From: Planctomycetota bacterium | Lineage (GTDB): Bacteria; Planctomycetota; Planctomycetia; Pirellulales; Lacipirellulaceae | Assembly: GCA_039190745.1 (NCBI GenBank) | Contig: JBCCXZ010000015.1 | Span: 1-64,000, forward strand | Length of the DNA stretch: 64,000 nt | Direction of reading: 5' to 3' | In this document: one piece after another, positions 17,909-29,861 of the stretch | Position numbering within the stretch: position 1 is the first letter of the stretch | Layout: the number at the start of each line of letters is the position of its first letter | Translations under genes and position numbers: made by a program | The notes under the pieces: model-generated | Seen by the model: only the letters and a program-made list of their open reading frames with translations | What the model was told of the DNA's origin: nothing | Database searches by the model: none

Positions 17909-20161
17909 TCAAATGCCCACGAACTCACGCTCGCGCGCTTCCTGGATGATCTCTTCCTCGGTCCGCTGGTACGGCAACAGGTGGAACCAGTAGCCCACGC
18001 CGATCGACCCTGCGGCGCACAGCACCAGCACCCACGGCTGGCAGACCGTCGCGCTATTGGGCTCGCGGAAGAGCCAGGCTAGGCTTTCGCCCGTCTCCGG
18101 CCGCAGCATCGCCTCCGAACCCAGCAGCACCGCGATCCCGTTGTACAACGCGTGGAACAGCATGCACGGCCACAGGCTGCCCGACTGCACGGCGATGTAG
18201 CCGATGACCGCCCCGGCCGCGGCGGCCGCGAGCTGCTGCTGCAGTACGGGATGAGCTAACCCAAAGGCCGCGGCCGAGAGGCCGATCGCCCACCACTTGT
18301 GCCCCACGTGCCGGAAGCCCGACAGAATGAACCCCCGGAACGCGACCTCTTCGCACACCGCCGGAAGCACGGCCAGCATCAATAGCAGCGTCGGCCAGCT
18401 CAACTCGCTCATGAGCGCCTTGCTGAGCGCTTCCAACTGACCGGCCACGTCGCCCGATGCGGGGTACAGCGTTTGGATCGCGGCGACCAGCTCAAACCCC
18501 AAGGGGCGAACGAGCACCGCCAACGCCCCGGCAGCTAACAGCGACTGCCAACTCGGCGCCCGATCGATGAGAAGCGTCTTCTTTCGATTCCGCGTGAATA
18601 GCAAGGTCAGGAACGCCGCAGGCAGCAGGATGCACACCGCCTGGCTGATGAAGACCGATTGCACCAGGAACGTCTTGTCGATCGCACCGGTCGACGACGC
18701 GGCGAGCGCGACCCGTACAAAGAACTGCACCACCAGGATTACCGCCACGCACAATACGGCCTGAGCAAACGACGGAGTCTCCGCCCGGTCGCGCACCAGG
18801 TGCATCAGCCACCGACCCAAGTCGAGCCGCTCGCTCTCGCGGAACAGCACCGACTCGCGGTTGAACTGCTCTTCGGCCCAACGGATCGCGAACAGGCAGC
18901 ACAGCAGCGTCATGCCGCACACCGGCACCACGTAGGGCATCGCCGTCAGGTACTGCCCCTCGATAAACGACCGCAACAGCAGCACCACGCCCGTCACGGG
19001 GATCAGCGCGTTGCCCAGCCCCAGCTCCACCCCCGGCGACATCGGCAGCATCATCAGCGGCATCGTCACTAACAGGAGCGGCATCAGGTAGTACTGCCCC
19101 TCTTTGGTGCTGCGTGCGAACGCGGCAAGCGCCAGGCACAACGCACTGAACAGCGCCGCCATCGGCACCAGCGCCGCCCCCAGCCAGACAATCGAGATCA
19201 GCGGCGGCATCTTCAGCAGCCCGTCGCCCATGCCCGTGACTCCCTGCAGCTGCTGCAGGACGAACTTGCCGGTGAGCCCCATGCTGCTCAGGTTGAGCAC
19301 CGCGGTGGCGATGCTGAACGTCATCACCGTCAGCAGCTTGCCCCACACGATCTCGCGCCGCTTCGCGGGGCTCGCCAGCAGCGTCTCGAGCGTGCCGCGT
19401 TCCTTCTCGCCGGCGCACAAGTCAACCGCCGGGTAGAACGCCCCGGTGAGCGCCCAGATAAAGACCATGAACGGCAGGATCTTCGACCACACCGCCGCTT
19501 GCCGCTGCCGCTGCTCCGCGACGTCTTGCGGTTCGACCGCAAACGGCCGCGCCGCGTCCAGCGGCACCTTCGCATCCCGCAGGTTTCGCTGCATCACATC
19601 CGAACGCCAGGCCCGCAGGGCCCGCCCGACCCGCGACTCCGCGACCTGCGAGCCCTCGTTGGCCGAATTGAAGTAGATCTCCGGTTCCGGCAGCTCGCCC
19701 GCCGACGGGTCGACCGGCCGCGAGCCCCGCTCCAACAGGCTCTGCCGGGCCTCGTCCAGGCGATCGCCGAAACCCTTGGGGAAAATCAGCACCACCTGCA
19801 GGCCGCCCTTGCTCAGCTTCCGCCGCGCCTCGTCCAGAGCGACCTCATCAAAGGGCACGCCCTCTTTCGGCGTGACGATCTGCAGGTTCTCGCGGGCCCG
19901 CGGCGAGGCGAACAACCCTTCGGCAAAGCGGTTTTCCTCGATCAGCGGCGGCAACCACTCGCGACCTTCCAATTGTTCGTCGCCCACCACCAGCACCGTC
20001 GCCGCCTGGTGCCGCAGAAACTGCGACAGCTGGAACAGGCTCGTCCCCAGCAGCGGGTACAAGAGCAGCGGCAGCACCGCGATCAAGAACAGCGTCCGCC
20101 GGTCGCGCAGCTGGTCGCGCATCTCACGCAGGAAGATCAGCTTGACGTTGTTCCAGTCCAT
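17909..20161 (-). CDS. NatB-like ABC-2 permease fused to CPBP (CAAX/Abi) intramembrane metalloprotease
   Basis: REMRDQLRDRRT, AGEKERGTLETLL (NatB). C-terminal AVCEEVAFRG, FGLAH, HALYN (CPBP). Confidence 0.88.
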   Translation of the reverse strand: MDWNNVKLIFLREMRDQLRDRRTLFLIAVLPLLLYPLLGTSLFQLSQFLRHQAATVLVVGDEQLEGREWLPPLIEENRFAEGLFASPRARENLQIVTPKEGVPFDEVALDEARRKLSKGGLQVVLIFPKGFGDRLDEARQSLLERGSRPVDPSAGELPEPEIYFNSANEGSQVAESRVGRALRAWRSDVMQRNLRDAKVPLDAARPFAVEPQDVAEQRQRQAAVWSKILPFMVFIWALTGAFYPAVDLCAGEKERGTLETLLASPAKRREIVWGKLLTVMTFSIATAVLNLSSMGLTGKFVLQQLQGVTGMGDGLLKMPPLISIVWLGAALVPMAALFSALCLALAAFARSTKEGQYYLMPLLLVTMPLMMLPMSPGVELGLGNALIPVTGVVLLLRSFIEGQYLTAMPYVVPVCGMTLLCCLFAIRWAEEQFNRESVLFRESERLDLGRWLMHLVRDRAETPSFAQAVLCVAVILVVQFFVRVALAASSTGAIDKTFLVQSVFISQAVCILLPAAFLTLLFTRNRKKTLLIDRAPSWQSLLAAGALAVLVRPLGFELVAAIQTLYPASGDVAGQLEALSKALMSELSWPTLLLMLAVLPAVCEEVAFRGFILSGFRHVGHKWWAIGLSAAAFGLAHPVLQQQLAAAAAGAVIGYIAVQSGSLWPCMLFHALYNGIAVLLGSEAMLRPETGESLAWLFREPNSATVCQPWVLVLCAAGSIGVGYWFHLLPYQRTEEEIIQEAREREFVGI

Positions 20162-20165
20162 GCGG

Positions 20166-20951
20166 CTACACGCCCGCCGGCGTCGCCGCCGGCTCCCCCT
20201 CTGCGCCGCGCTGGGCTTCGTGGCTGCTGATCAAGCTGAAGAACAACTCCTCCAGGTCGGGCTGCCCATGAGTCGCACGCAGCTCTTCGAGCGTCCCCTC
20301 CGCCAAGATCCGCCCGCGGTGCATGATCGCAATCCGGTCGCACAGCCGCTCCGCCTCGCGCATGATGTGCGTCGAGAACACGATGCACTTGCCTTGATCG
20401 CGGAGGTGCGAGACCGTGTCCAGCAGCGCCCGGGCGACCAGCACGTCGAGCCCGCTCGTGGCCTCGTCGAAGATCAGCACCGGCGGGTCGTGCACAATCG
20501 CCCGTGCGATCGACACCTTCTGTTTCATGCCCGTGGACATCTTCGCACCGAGCAGGTCGCGGATGTCCTGCATCTGCAACCGCTCGAACAGCTCCTCCAT
20601 CCGCTCCCGCAGATCATCTTCGGCCATGCCGTACAGCCGGCCGAAGTACTCGACCATCTCCCACGCGGTCATCCGGTCGTAGACCGCGGTGTTGGCCGAC
20701 ATGAAGCCGATGTTGTGCCGCACCGTCTCGGGGGCAGTGACGCAGTCGGCGCCGTTGATCCGGGCAGTCCCCGAGGTGGGCTGCAGCACCGTGCTTAAAA
20801 TCCGCAGGGCGGTCGTCTTCCCCGCCCCGTTGGGGCCGAGCAGCCCGTACACCTCGCCCTCGCCGGCTGTGAAGCTCAGCCCGTCGAGCGCTACGAAGCT
20901 CCCGCGGCGCAGGTCGGTGTATTCCTTCCTGAGTTCAGAGACCTCGATCAT
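20166..20951 (-). CDS. NatA-like ABC transporter ATP-binding protein
   Basis: [26 protein letters not shown]. Confidence 0.92.
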   Translation of the reverse strand: MIEVSELRKEYTDLRRGSFVALDGLSFTAGEGEVYGLLGPNGAGKTTALRILSTVLQPTSGTARINGADCVTAPETVRHNIGFMSANTAVYDRMTAWEMVEYFGRLYGMAEDDLRERMEELFERLQMQDIRDLLGAKMSTGMKQKVSIARAIVHDPPVLIFDEATSGLDVLVARALLDTVSHLRDQGKCIVFSTHIMREAERLCDRIAIMHRGRILAEGTLEELRATHGQPDLEELFFSLISSHEAQRGAEGEPAATPAGV

Positions 20952-21075
20952 GCCGCGCATCCTGCTCCGGGCGGCGGACCGACGCACGCAACAAGGCGGC
21001 GAGGCCCGCTAGAATTAGCCGACTCAGAAGGATACCAGCCCCGGGAGCGCGTGTCGAAGAACGCTGGTCAGAGGC

Positions 21076-22216
<1,141 letters not shown>

Positions 22217-22233
<17 letters not shown>

Positions 22234-23029
22234 GGAAGGTCGGCTCCTCGATAGTCGGCATCAGGCCCAGTTCCGCGGCACGCCGGAAGTAAAGCTCCAG
22301 CCCCTGCCGCTCCCGCGGGCCGAGTGTGAAATGCAAATTCTTGGTCAAGTATTCGAGCACCAGCTCGGGCTCCAACCCCATCCGTTCGGCTTGCTCTCTA
22401 GCAATCCGCTCTACCCGGGCCACGCCAAGATCGCGCGCACACGAAAACCCCGCAAGGAGGCGTTCCGGCGCCACGCCCGACCGAGCGGCCCAAACGGCGA
22501 ACACAAACGGCAGTTCCGTCCACCGGCACCACCGATCGCCCAGGTCCCAAGATTCGACGAACACCGCGGGCGATGGCTTCATCGCCCGGTCGCCGATCAG
22601 CAAGACCGCGTCCGTGTCGGTCTCCTCGGGCCCCATCCCAATAGGCAACGAAGTCAACTCCGGCCGAACGCCGTAGATATCGTGCAGCAGGATCTGCGCG
22701 AGCACACGGCTAGTCCGGGAACCCTCATCCAGGGCAAGGGTCCGTACCTCGGCGGGCGGCACGCGGAACAGCAGCCGCACGCTCAAGACCGGCCCTCGGC
22801 ACGCGATGCAGGCGTCGCTCACCACCGACCAATCGGGGTGATTCGCCAACTCCGCCGCGGGCACCAGCGCCGCGTCCAGCCGGCCTTTGGCCAGACGATC
22901 AGCAAGGCGGCTGGGCAGATCGAACGACAGATCGGCATTGGGCAGAAGCGCCGGCAACGCATCCACCAGCGGCTTCGAGTTTAGGTAGGTCACGCCGCCG
23001 ACCCGCAGCGACTGGGGCGACTCGTGCAT
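22217..23029 (-). CDS. mqnA: Chorismate dehydratase (futalosine pathway)
   Basis: VTYLNSKPL, IACRGPVLSV, SRTS..L, LLIGDRA, DLGDRW...TELPFVFAVW. Confidence 0.92.
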
Positions 23030-23220
23030 AGCGTTCTTCGCGGTCGAACGGATCAAATGGTTTTGAAACCCCGGCGGGGTGGGGGCCCCGCCACGGGGCA
23101 TTAAAGAAACAACTGGCGGGCGCGATTATACGCGGCCTGTAGAGGGCCGCCCACAGCGCGCCCGCCACGGCCGTAACCGCTCCCTGGCCAGGGACTTAAC
23201 ACCTCAGCAGCCCCAAGCCG

Positions 23221-25083
23221 TCAGACCTCAATCCGCCGGAAAGCCCGCAAGCCGCCGCGCATCGGGACGATCGTCACCAGCAAACCCAAAACCAGCGACG
23301 CAGTCACGCCCAAGACGAGCCAGAGCTCCATCTGCTTCAGACCGTCCAGCGAGGCATTCAACTCGGTCTGCTTGCCAAGCAAGTAGAAGTGGCAGGGCAG
23401 GGCGGTCATCAGCACCACGAGCATGATGTACAACGCGCTGAGAACCAGATTCAGCGTGCCTCCAAAACCGGCTGCGATCTTCGAAGGCGACTGCTCGCGG
23501 AAATTCGGCATCATCGCACCCAGCCCCACGGCCATGCCCGCCAGCCCCACGCACAGCAGCAGGCAGATCATCTGGTGGATCAGCACCACGATCAGTTCGA
23601 CGTCGAGCATCGTGTCGCTCAACAGAACCAACCCCGCGCTCGGAGCCCACGACCCGCACGCCGCGAACAGAAACTTCCCCCACAGAATCGTCTCCCGGTC
23701 GACCGGCAGCCGCCCGAGGATCCAGAACCGACGCCCTTCCAGGCTGATCAGCGGGTAGATAAACCGCGTTGTAAAAGTCGAGAGAATCAGCCCCACGACG
23801 GCCAGGTTCAGGAAGCTCACCACATTCACCCAGGTCACCACGCTCAGGTCGGCCCGGTGCTGGCGGAAGCGGTCGACGTTCGCGAAGTACAGCAGCAGTA
23901 GTCCGAAGAAGATCAGAAACTGCGACCACTGCACCGGGTCGCGACGGAACAGCCGCAAGTCTTTCACCACCAACAGCCGCGTCCGCCGCGGCAGCGGGGC
24001 CATTAGGAGGTTGGCGATCCGGTCCGGCCATTCCGGCGCCGGCTTCCGCTTCCGCGCGTGCCGCGCGTTGAGCTGATGAAAGCTCTTGCGGAACAAACGC
24101 TTCCCGATGGCCACCACCAATACGTGCAGCAACAGGGCGTTCGACCCCAGCACGAACAGAAACTTAGCGCTCTCGACCCACGGGTTGTCTACCTCGAAGT
24201 CGCCCGACTGCCGCGCCGCCTCCAGCAAACCGTTGCTTAGCCAGGTGCTCGGCAGCCACTCGCCGCGGGTAAACCCAAACCGCTCGAACGTGTCGGAGAA
24301 CCATGTCGCGTCCAGAACGTCTTTCTGGGCCATATCGAGGGTCTTCCAGATCGACTGGTAAGCCACGCCGATCACCGCCACGGCCAGCACCCCCACGATG
24401 ATCTTCCGAAGCTGCGGGAGACAGTGGATCAGCAGAAGGCAGCCGATCGCGCCCAAAGCGCAGGGGATGTACGTAAAGGACACCATGAAGAACGGCACGA
24501 GCAGGAAGTACCACCAAGGCGCCGCGGCGACAATCCCGTAGGCCACCATCATCGGGCTCGCTAGCAGGAAGAAGCCCCAGCTGCTGAACAGCAGCGCTTC
24601 CTGAAACCGGTACAGCACGAGCCGCTCGTCGCGCACGGGCAGCGAGAGCAAGAAGCCGGTCTCTACCGAAGAGTACAGCCCGCCGTAGAGGATGATGCCC
24701 GCCGAAAAAATCAGCATCACCTGCAGCGAAGCAAAGAACAACGTGAAAACAAAGTGCACGGTCTGTGCGTGGTACGTCTCGCCGGTTGGGCCGACGTGCG
24801 AAACGACAAACTCAAACCCACGATGGAAAAGAACGAACAGCCCGCCCCAGAAGAACGCACTCAGCACCACCAGCAGCGCAGTCCGCAGTTGCGCATCGTG
24901 CATCAAGTAGCGGAGGTGCGACCAGAACATGGCCAGCCGCAGGCGCGTCAGGATCGCGGCCTCGTGGTCGTCCGAGGGCAGGAGCTCGCACTTCGCGTAC
25001 ACGCGGTCCCACTCGTCGGGGTTGCCCCGATCCGCGGTAGCGCTATCAGCGGCCTCGCCGTTGGTTGAGCGGTCATTCGCCAT
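23221..25083 (-). CDS. Putative ABC exporter permease
   Basis: Many TM segments, FLLSLPV, VKDLRLFRRDPVQW, RFIYPLISLEGRRFWIL. Overlaps the ATPase stop. Confidence 0.8.
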   Translation of the reverse strand: MANDRSTNGEAADSATADRGNPDEWDRVYAKCELLPSDDHEAAILTRLRLAMFWSHLRYLMHDAQLRTALLVVLSAFFWGGLFVLFHRGFEFVVSHVGPTGETYHAQTVHFVFTLFFASLQVMLIFSAGIILYGGLYSSVETGFLLSLPVRDERLVLYRFQEALLFSSWGFFLLASPMMVAYGIVAAAPWWYFLLVPFFMVSFTYIPCALGAIGCLLLIHCLPQLRKIIVGVLAVAVIGVAYQSIWKTLDMAQKDVLDATWFSDTFERFGFTRGEWLPSTWLSNGLLEAARQSGDFEVDNPWVESAKFLFVLGSNALLLHVLVVAIGKRLFRKSFHQLNARHARKRKPAPEWPDRIANLLMAPLPRRTRLLVVKDLRLFRRDPVQWSQFLIFFGLLLLYFANVDRFRQHRADLSVVTWVNVVSFLNLAVVGLILSTFTTRFIYPLISLEGRRFWILGRLPVDRETILWGKFLFAACGSWAPSAGLVLLSDTMLDVELIVVLIHQMICLLLCVGLAGMAVGLGAMMPNFREQSPSKIAAGFGGTLNLVLSALYIMLVVLMTALPCHFYLLGKQTELNASLDGLKQMELWLVLGVTASLVLGLLVTIVPMRGGLRAFRRIEV

Positions 25084-25894
25084 GGGCGCCCTCGCCGCCA
25101 ACCCCGGGGCCTCCGCCGAGCGGCTCGGCCGCGTTGCCTTCCCACTCCCCGCTCGGCTCGCCGTTGCTCGGCTCCCCGTCCATCATCGCCAGGTACAGGG
25201 CTTCGAGCGAGTGACCGGTCATCGCCACGTTCTCTCGTAGGGCGTCTACCGGGCCGCTGAACAGCAGCTCACCGCTCTTCATCACCGCCACCGAGTCCGC
25301 GATCTCCTCGGCGATCGAGAGCGTGTGCGTGCTCATCAACACGGTGTTCCCGGCGTCCACGTACCGCCGCAGCAGGTCCTTCACCAGCTTGATGCTCTGG
25401 GGGTCGAGCCCGACCATCGGCTCGTCGACGACCAGCACCTCCGGCTGGTGGACCATCGCCGCGGCGAAAACGGTCCGCTGCCGCATGCCGTGCGAGTAGC
25501 TCTCAGTGAGCCGGTCTAGGAAGTCGCCGAGCTGGAAACGTTCCGCCTCACGGGTGACCGCCTCGCGGGCCTCCGTAGGGGTGGCGCCGTACATCTCCGC
25601 CACAAAAGTCAGGAACTCACGGCCCGACAACTTGTCGTACAAGAACGGCTGGTCCGGCACATAGCCGATGATGCGGCTGGCTTCGCGGGCCTGTTCGACC
25701 ACGTCGAACGGCCCCACCAGCAGCTTGCCAGACGAAGGGCGGAGCAGCCCGACGAGCATCTTAATGCTGGTCGTCTTGCCCGCGCCGTTGTGACCCAACA
25801 TCGCCAACAGGCTGCCGCGGGGCACGTCCAGCACCAGAGAATCCACCGCGACCCGAGTGCCGTAGGTGCGGGTCACGTTCTCGAAGCGGATCAC
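25073..25894 (-). CDS. ABC transporter ATP-binding protein
   Basis: GTG 25894. GHNGAGKTT, YSHGMRQR, VVDEP, MSTH. TATAAT on the minus strand at 25973-25978. Confidence 0.92.
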   Translation of the reverse strand: MIRFENVTRTYGTRVAVDSLVLDVPRGSLLAMLGHNGAGKTTSIKMLVGLLRPSSGKLLVGPFDVVEQAREASRIIGYVPDQPFLYDKLSGREFLTFVAEMYGATPTEAREAVTREAERFQLGDFLDRLTESYSHGMRQRTVFAAAMVHQPEVLVVDEPMVGLDPQSIKLVKDLLRRYVDAGNTVLMSTHTLSIAEEIADSVAVMKSGELLFSGPVDALRENVAMTGHSLEALYLAMMDGEPSNGEPSGEWEGNAAEPLGGGPGVGGEGAHGE

Positions 25895-26039
25895 AGGTCG
25901 GCGACCACCGGGGGCGTGGGGACACGGCCTGCCGCGTTCGGCAAAGCCTCTCGTCGAAGGAACGACCCGCCGATTATACACCGCCCCGGACGACCGACAG
26001 AGGCGAATCGTCTGAGAGGAGTTCCGGCTTAGAGTCGGC

Positions 26040-26945
26040 TCAGAGTTCTACGCCGGCGCGGACTCCCGACAACTTCAGCGCCGGGAAAAACTCGTCTGAC
26101 AGCGCCGCCGAGGTTTCGTCGGGCAGCCGCACAAACCGGAGCTTCGACCGCCCCAGATAAACGTCACGCTGCATCACTACCCCATTCATATCGACCCAAG
26201 ACTTGGCCTGCCGGCGGGACGCCTGTGAGATGCCCGAGGACGAGGCCGACAAGTACTCGACGCACATCACTTTCACACGCTCCCCGTTCACCTCGATGGT
26301 CTCTTTGCCCAGCACGCGGGCCTCGACGGGTTCTGTGGGGTGAGTCGGCGGGCGGAACGGGCTGTAGACCTCTTCCCGCCAGGTACGCCCCTCACGCAGG
26401 TTCGTCAGCAGCGGGTCCGGGAACAAAGCCTCGCTCAAAGCCGCCTGGTTGCTGAGTTGCACATTCGGCGAGTAAACCGTTTCGCCCGAACGCACCTTGA
26501 GCTTCAGATGGCCCTCTTTTACCCGGCCAGACATCTGCAGCACCGAGGGGATGTCGTTCACCTGGATCTTGCTCTCGAACGCCGAGAAAGTCCCTAGAGA
26601 GTCGAATTCCACGCGCGTCGTCGCGTCGAACTCGAGACGGCCGAAATCGCCGACCGCATGGCGCATCCAAGCGGGGGCCAGGTCCATCAACGGGATGTCG
26701 TTCAGGTGGACGCGGTTGTGGATCTCGCTAGTGCCGCCGACGCCGTCGGCGCGGATGCTCACCGCCTGGCCAACATCGCGGCCCTTCCACTGCACCAGCC
26801 AACCCACCGCCTTGCCCGGTTCGTGGGCGAGGGCTGTGGGGGGCTCGCCCTCGTAGAATGAAGGCAGAACCCGGTCTACAAAAAGCCACGACATGCTCCC
26901 CAGCCACAGGCTGAAGACCGCCGCAACAAACATGCGGTTGGCCAT
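26040..26945 (-). CDS. Hypothetical membrane-anchored protein
   Basis: N-terminal TM (MFVAAVFSLWLGSMSWLF), then beta-rich region. Co-oriented with the ABC pair. Confidence 0.72.
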   Translation of the reverse strand: MANRMFVAAVFSLWLGSMSWLFVDRVLPSFYEGEPPTALAHEPGKAVGWLVQWKGRDVGQAVSIRADGVGGTSEIHNRVHLNDIPLMDLAPAWMRHAVGDFGRLEFDATTRVEFDSLGTFSAFESKIQVNDIPSVLQMSGRVKEGHLKLKVRSGETVYSPNVQLSNQAALSEALFPDPLLTNLREGRTWREEVYSPFRPPTHPTEPVEARVLGKETIEVNGERVKVMCVEYLSASSSGISQASRRQAKSWVDMNGVVMQRDVYLGRSKLRFVRLPDETSAALSDEFFPALKLSGVRAGVEL

Positions 26946-27102
26946 CGTCAGAGGCCCTTTCCGTCGGCGTATGTACCCGAACGGCCCAGCGCCAACGCCC
27001 CCTGCGTGCAGCGCCCATGGGCTTAACGGATTGTACACCCTGAAGCCTCATCCAGCGACACAAATCGAATTTCCCGAGAAGGCGGAACGCAGGGGCATAA
27101 GA

Positions 27103-27825
27103 CTATTGCCCAGAAACGACTTGCGGCGATTTTGCCGCCTCGCCAACAGACGCATGGAGAACCGAGAAGGCCGCGTGGTCGAGCTCTTGAATCAACTCAT
27201 TCACCGTAAAGAGCCAGCGTTCACGCCTCTTCTCCGCGTTAGCCATGGCTCCTTCGTCTTCGGTAAGCTCACTGAGTTCGTCCGCGGCGAGCACGATTGC
27301 TTCCGTCCGCCCCTGACGAAGGCCCTCGGCAAGAACATCCTGCCCGTGGGACGTTTTGCTGAGCGACAAGAGCCTTTCGTAGCCGCCAAGCTCCGTAGCG
27401 GCCCGCCGTAGCGTCATCGCGTTGTCGCCCCGGTTGTAGAGCCGAATCAGGTAGTTTGAATCGGGCAAGAAACGGAGTGTCAACTGTCGGTCGAATACGT
27501 TCCCGAAGCGGCGCGTCCGACGCAGGTACCGCCGCAGCTGCTCGACCTGCGACCGGGAGATCAGGATCCCCTGATCCAACCCTTCCACGCGTGAGAGCAG
27601 CCGCCGAACGCCCGTTCGTTGCTGCTTCTGGAAGAGTTCCTCGATCCAGACGCGTGAGGCGAACTCCTCCTCCTGGTAGGCGTCTACAGGGGTGTAGAAC
27701 CGGCGCACCGTAGCTGCGAGATCGTCGTTCACCGTGCCGCCAGATTCGGCCCAGCATCGGCCCAGGGACGACAATATCAGCAAAAAAGTGAACAAACCGG
27801 CGAGGTCTCCGCGTCGAACCAGCAT
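27103..27825 (-). CDS. Hypothetical protein, possible signal peptide
   Basis: 240-aa ORF with protein-like composition filling the gap between neighbours. Confidence 0.6.
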   Translation of the reverse strand: MLVRRGDLAGLFTFLLILSSLGRCWAESGGTVNDDLAATVRRFYTPVDAYQEEEFASRVWIEELFQKQQRTGVRRLLSRVEGLDQGILISRSQVEQLRRYLRRTRRFGNVFDRQLTLRFLPDSNYLIRLYNRGDNAMTLRRAATELGGYERLLSLSKTSHGQDVLAEGLRQGRTEAIVLAADELSELTEDEGAMANAEKRRERWLFTVNELIQELDHAAFSVLHASVGEAAKSPQVVSGQ

Positions 27826-28153
27826 GCGTTAGGCTCACCGACTCCCTGCGGCCGTCCACAGAAAACCGAGATCGGAAGGATGAGGGTGCCCCACGCGACG
27901 GCGGCGTCGCGAGCGGCAAACAAGGCCCCGCCTAGTTTGGCCTCTACAACCCTACCTCACGCATGGCAGATTGCAGAAAACGACGTAAAAAACTGCTGTG
28001 ATTGATCTTATGGAAATCCAGAGTCCTGGAAAAACGCCCATGATCCGGCCTTCGGGAAAACGTGGATTTGATGCGCAGAGCCTCTCCCAGTACCATAGAC
28101 GCCTCGGGTCGACGGAGGCGTGCCTTGGACCCACCAACCGCAGGAGGTGATTG

Positions 28154-28384
28154 ATGGCGATGGCAACCTACTTCGTGCAGGAATGCCCAACCTGTGGCAG
28201 AAACCTGCAGGTGCGCATCGAATACTTGGGCAAGCGCGTCGTCTGCCAACACTGCAGCGCCGGCTTCGAAGCGTGCGACCCCACCTCGGAATCCTACCCG
28301 CCCGAGGAGTCGAGCCTCTCCTTGCTCGACCGAGCCGACCAGCTCATCCAAAGCGCTGAAAAGAGCGGCATCGGCCTCGCCTAA
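28154..28384 (+). CDS. Small zinc-ribbon protein (CxxC-x17-CxxC)
   Basis: Strong SD AGGAGGTG at 28142. ECPTCGR...VVCQHC. Start may be ATG 28154 or 28160. Confidence 0.8.
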   Translation: MAMATYFVQECPTCGRNLQVRIEYLGKRVVCQHCSAGFEACDPTSESYPPEESSLSLLDRADQLIQSAEKSGIGLA

Positions 28385-28426
28385 CAAGAGCCGGGGCGTC
28401 CGAATCTCAATGCGCTGCCGCAAGGC

Positions 28427-29713
28427 CTAGCGAAAACCCGAAAGACGACGCAGATCGTCGAAGTAACCGGGGTAGGTCTTCACCGTGCAGCCGGGGTCAA
28501 GGATCTCCACTCTGGGGATTCGAAGCCCGGCCAGAGCAAAGCTCATCGCCATCCGGTGATCGTTGTAAGTCGCGATTGCCGCCGCACGCGGCTCACCCGG
28601 GGTGATAACCATCCCGTCCTCGGTCGCCTCGGCCCCCGCGCCGAGCTTCCGCAGTTCATCAACCACCGCCTGAATGCGGTCGGTCTCTTTGTGGCGGATG
28701 TGTGCGACGTTCCGCACCGTCGTCGGCCCTTCCGCAAACAGCGCGACCGCCGCCAGCGTCTGCACCGTGTCGCTGATATCGTTCATATCAACATCGATGC
28801 CCCGCAGCTCCCCGCCGGCGACCGTGATCGCGTCGGACCCGATCTCCACCTGGCAACCCATCGCGCCCAGGCACTCCGCGAAACGGACATCCCCCTGCAA
28901 GCTGCCAGCGCCGAGCCCCTCGACAGTCACCTCGCCGCCGGTGATCGCTGCGGCCGCCAGGAAGTAACTCGCCGCCGAGGCGTCTGGCTCAATGGCGTAC
29001 TTGGTCGCCCGATAGCCGCCCGGCGCGGCGATGCCGATGCGGCCATAATCGTCGCTCTGCTCGACCTCGGCCCCGAACGACTCCATCACCCGCGCCGTCA
29101 TCTCCACGTAGGGCACAGAGACCAGCGCCCCTTCGACCCGCAGCACGACCGGCGCTTGGGCGCACGGGGCCGCCATCATGAGCCCGCTCAAGAACTGGCT
29201 CGAGATATCCCCCCTGATCGCCGCCTCGCCGCCACGGAGGCCGTCGCCCTCGATCACAACCGGCGGACAGCCGTTGCCGCTCTCGCTCGAAACGTGCGCG
29301 CCTAATTGCTTGAGCGCCTCCAGCAAGTCCGCGATCGGCCGCTCCCGCATCCGAGGGATGCCGTCGATCCGGTAGCGGCTCTGCCCCAGCGTGAGCATGG
29401 CGGTCAGGAACCGCATCGTCGTCCCGCTGTTAGCCACGAACAAATCGCCCGCCGCCGGAGGTACGCTCCCGCCGCAGCCGGTCACCGCGAGCCGTTCGCC
29501 CTCGTCGAAGCGTTCTACACCGATGCCGACGCCGCCCAGCGCGTCGATCATCACATTGGTATCCTCGCTATCCAGCGCACCACTAAGCTCCGACCGCCCT
29601 TGGGCCAGCGCCGCGCACACCAACGCCCGGTTAGTGATGCTCTTCGACCCCGGAGGCCGGATACGCCCCCGCACCGGCTCCGCCGGCGGGTGGATCACAA
29701 TCGATTCGCTCAC
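28427..29713 (-). CDS. aroA: 3-phosphoshikimate 1-carboxyvinyltransferase (EPSP synthase)
   Basis: PGSKSITNRAL, NSGTTMRFL, SSQFLSGL, EPDASAASYF, RHKETDRI, DHRMAMSF, KTYP. Confidence 0.97.
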   Translation of the reverse strand: MSESIVIHPPAEPVRGRIRPPGSKSITNRALVCAALAQGRSELSGALDSEDTNVMIDALGGVGIGVERFDEGERLAVTGCGGSVPPAAGDLFVANSGTTMRFLTAMLTLGQSRYRIDGIPRMRERPIADLLEALKQLGAHVSSESGNGCPPVVIEGDGLRGGEAAIRGDISSQFLSGLMMAAPCAQAPVVLRVEGALVSVPYVEMTARVMESFGAEVEQSDDYGRIGIAAPGGYRATKYAIEPDASAASYFLAAAAITGGEVTVEGLGAGSLQGDVRFAECLGAMGCQVEIGSDAITVAGGELRGIDVDMNDISDTVQTLAAVALFAEGPTTVRNVAHIRHKETDRIQAVVDELRKLGAGAEATEDGMVITPGEPRAAAIATYNDHRMAMSFALAGLRIPRVEILDPGCTVKTYPGYFDDLRRLSGFR

Positions 29714-29861
29714 GTTGGATTCGCCAGGCTCAATCGCCGAGGGCAATGCCCACGGCTATACTGTTGGTGCGTTTAGGATTCCGAGGCCGGATTATTACCT
29801 TTTTCATCCTCCCTGCCACCCGAGCGCCTGGCCGCCCGCAGACTACCCACCGCAGAAGTCC

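Noticed and set aside
25151..25180. 15-bp imperfect tandem repeat
   Set aside because: It encodes the low-complexity DGEPSNGEPS tail of the ABC ATPase and has only two units.
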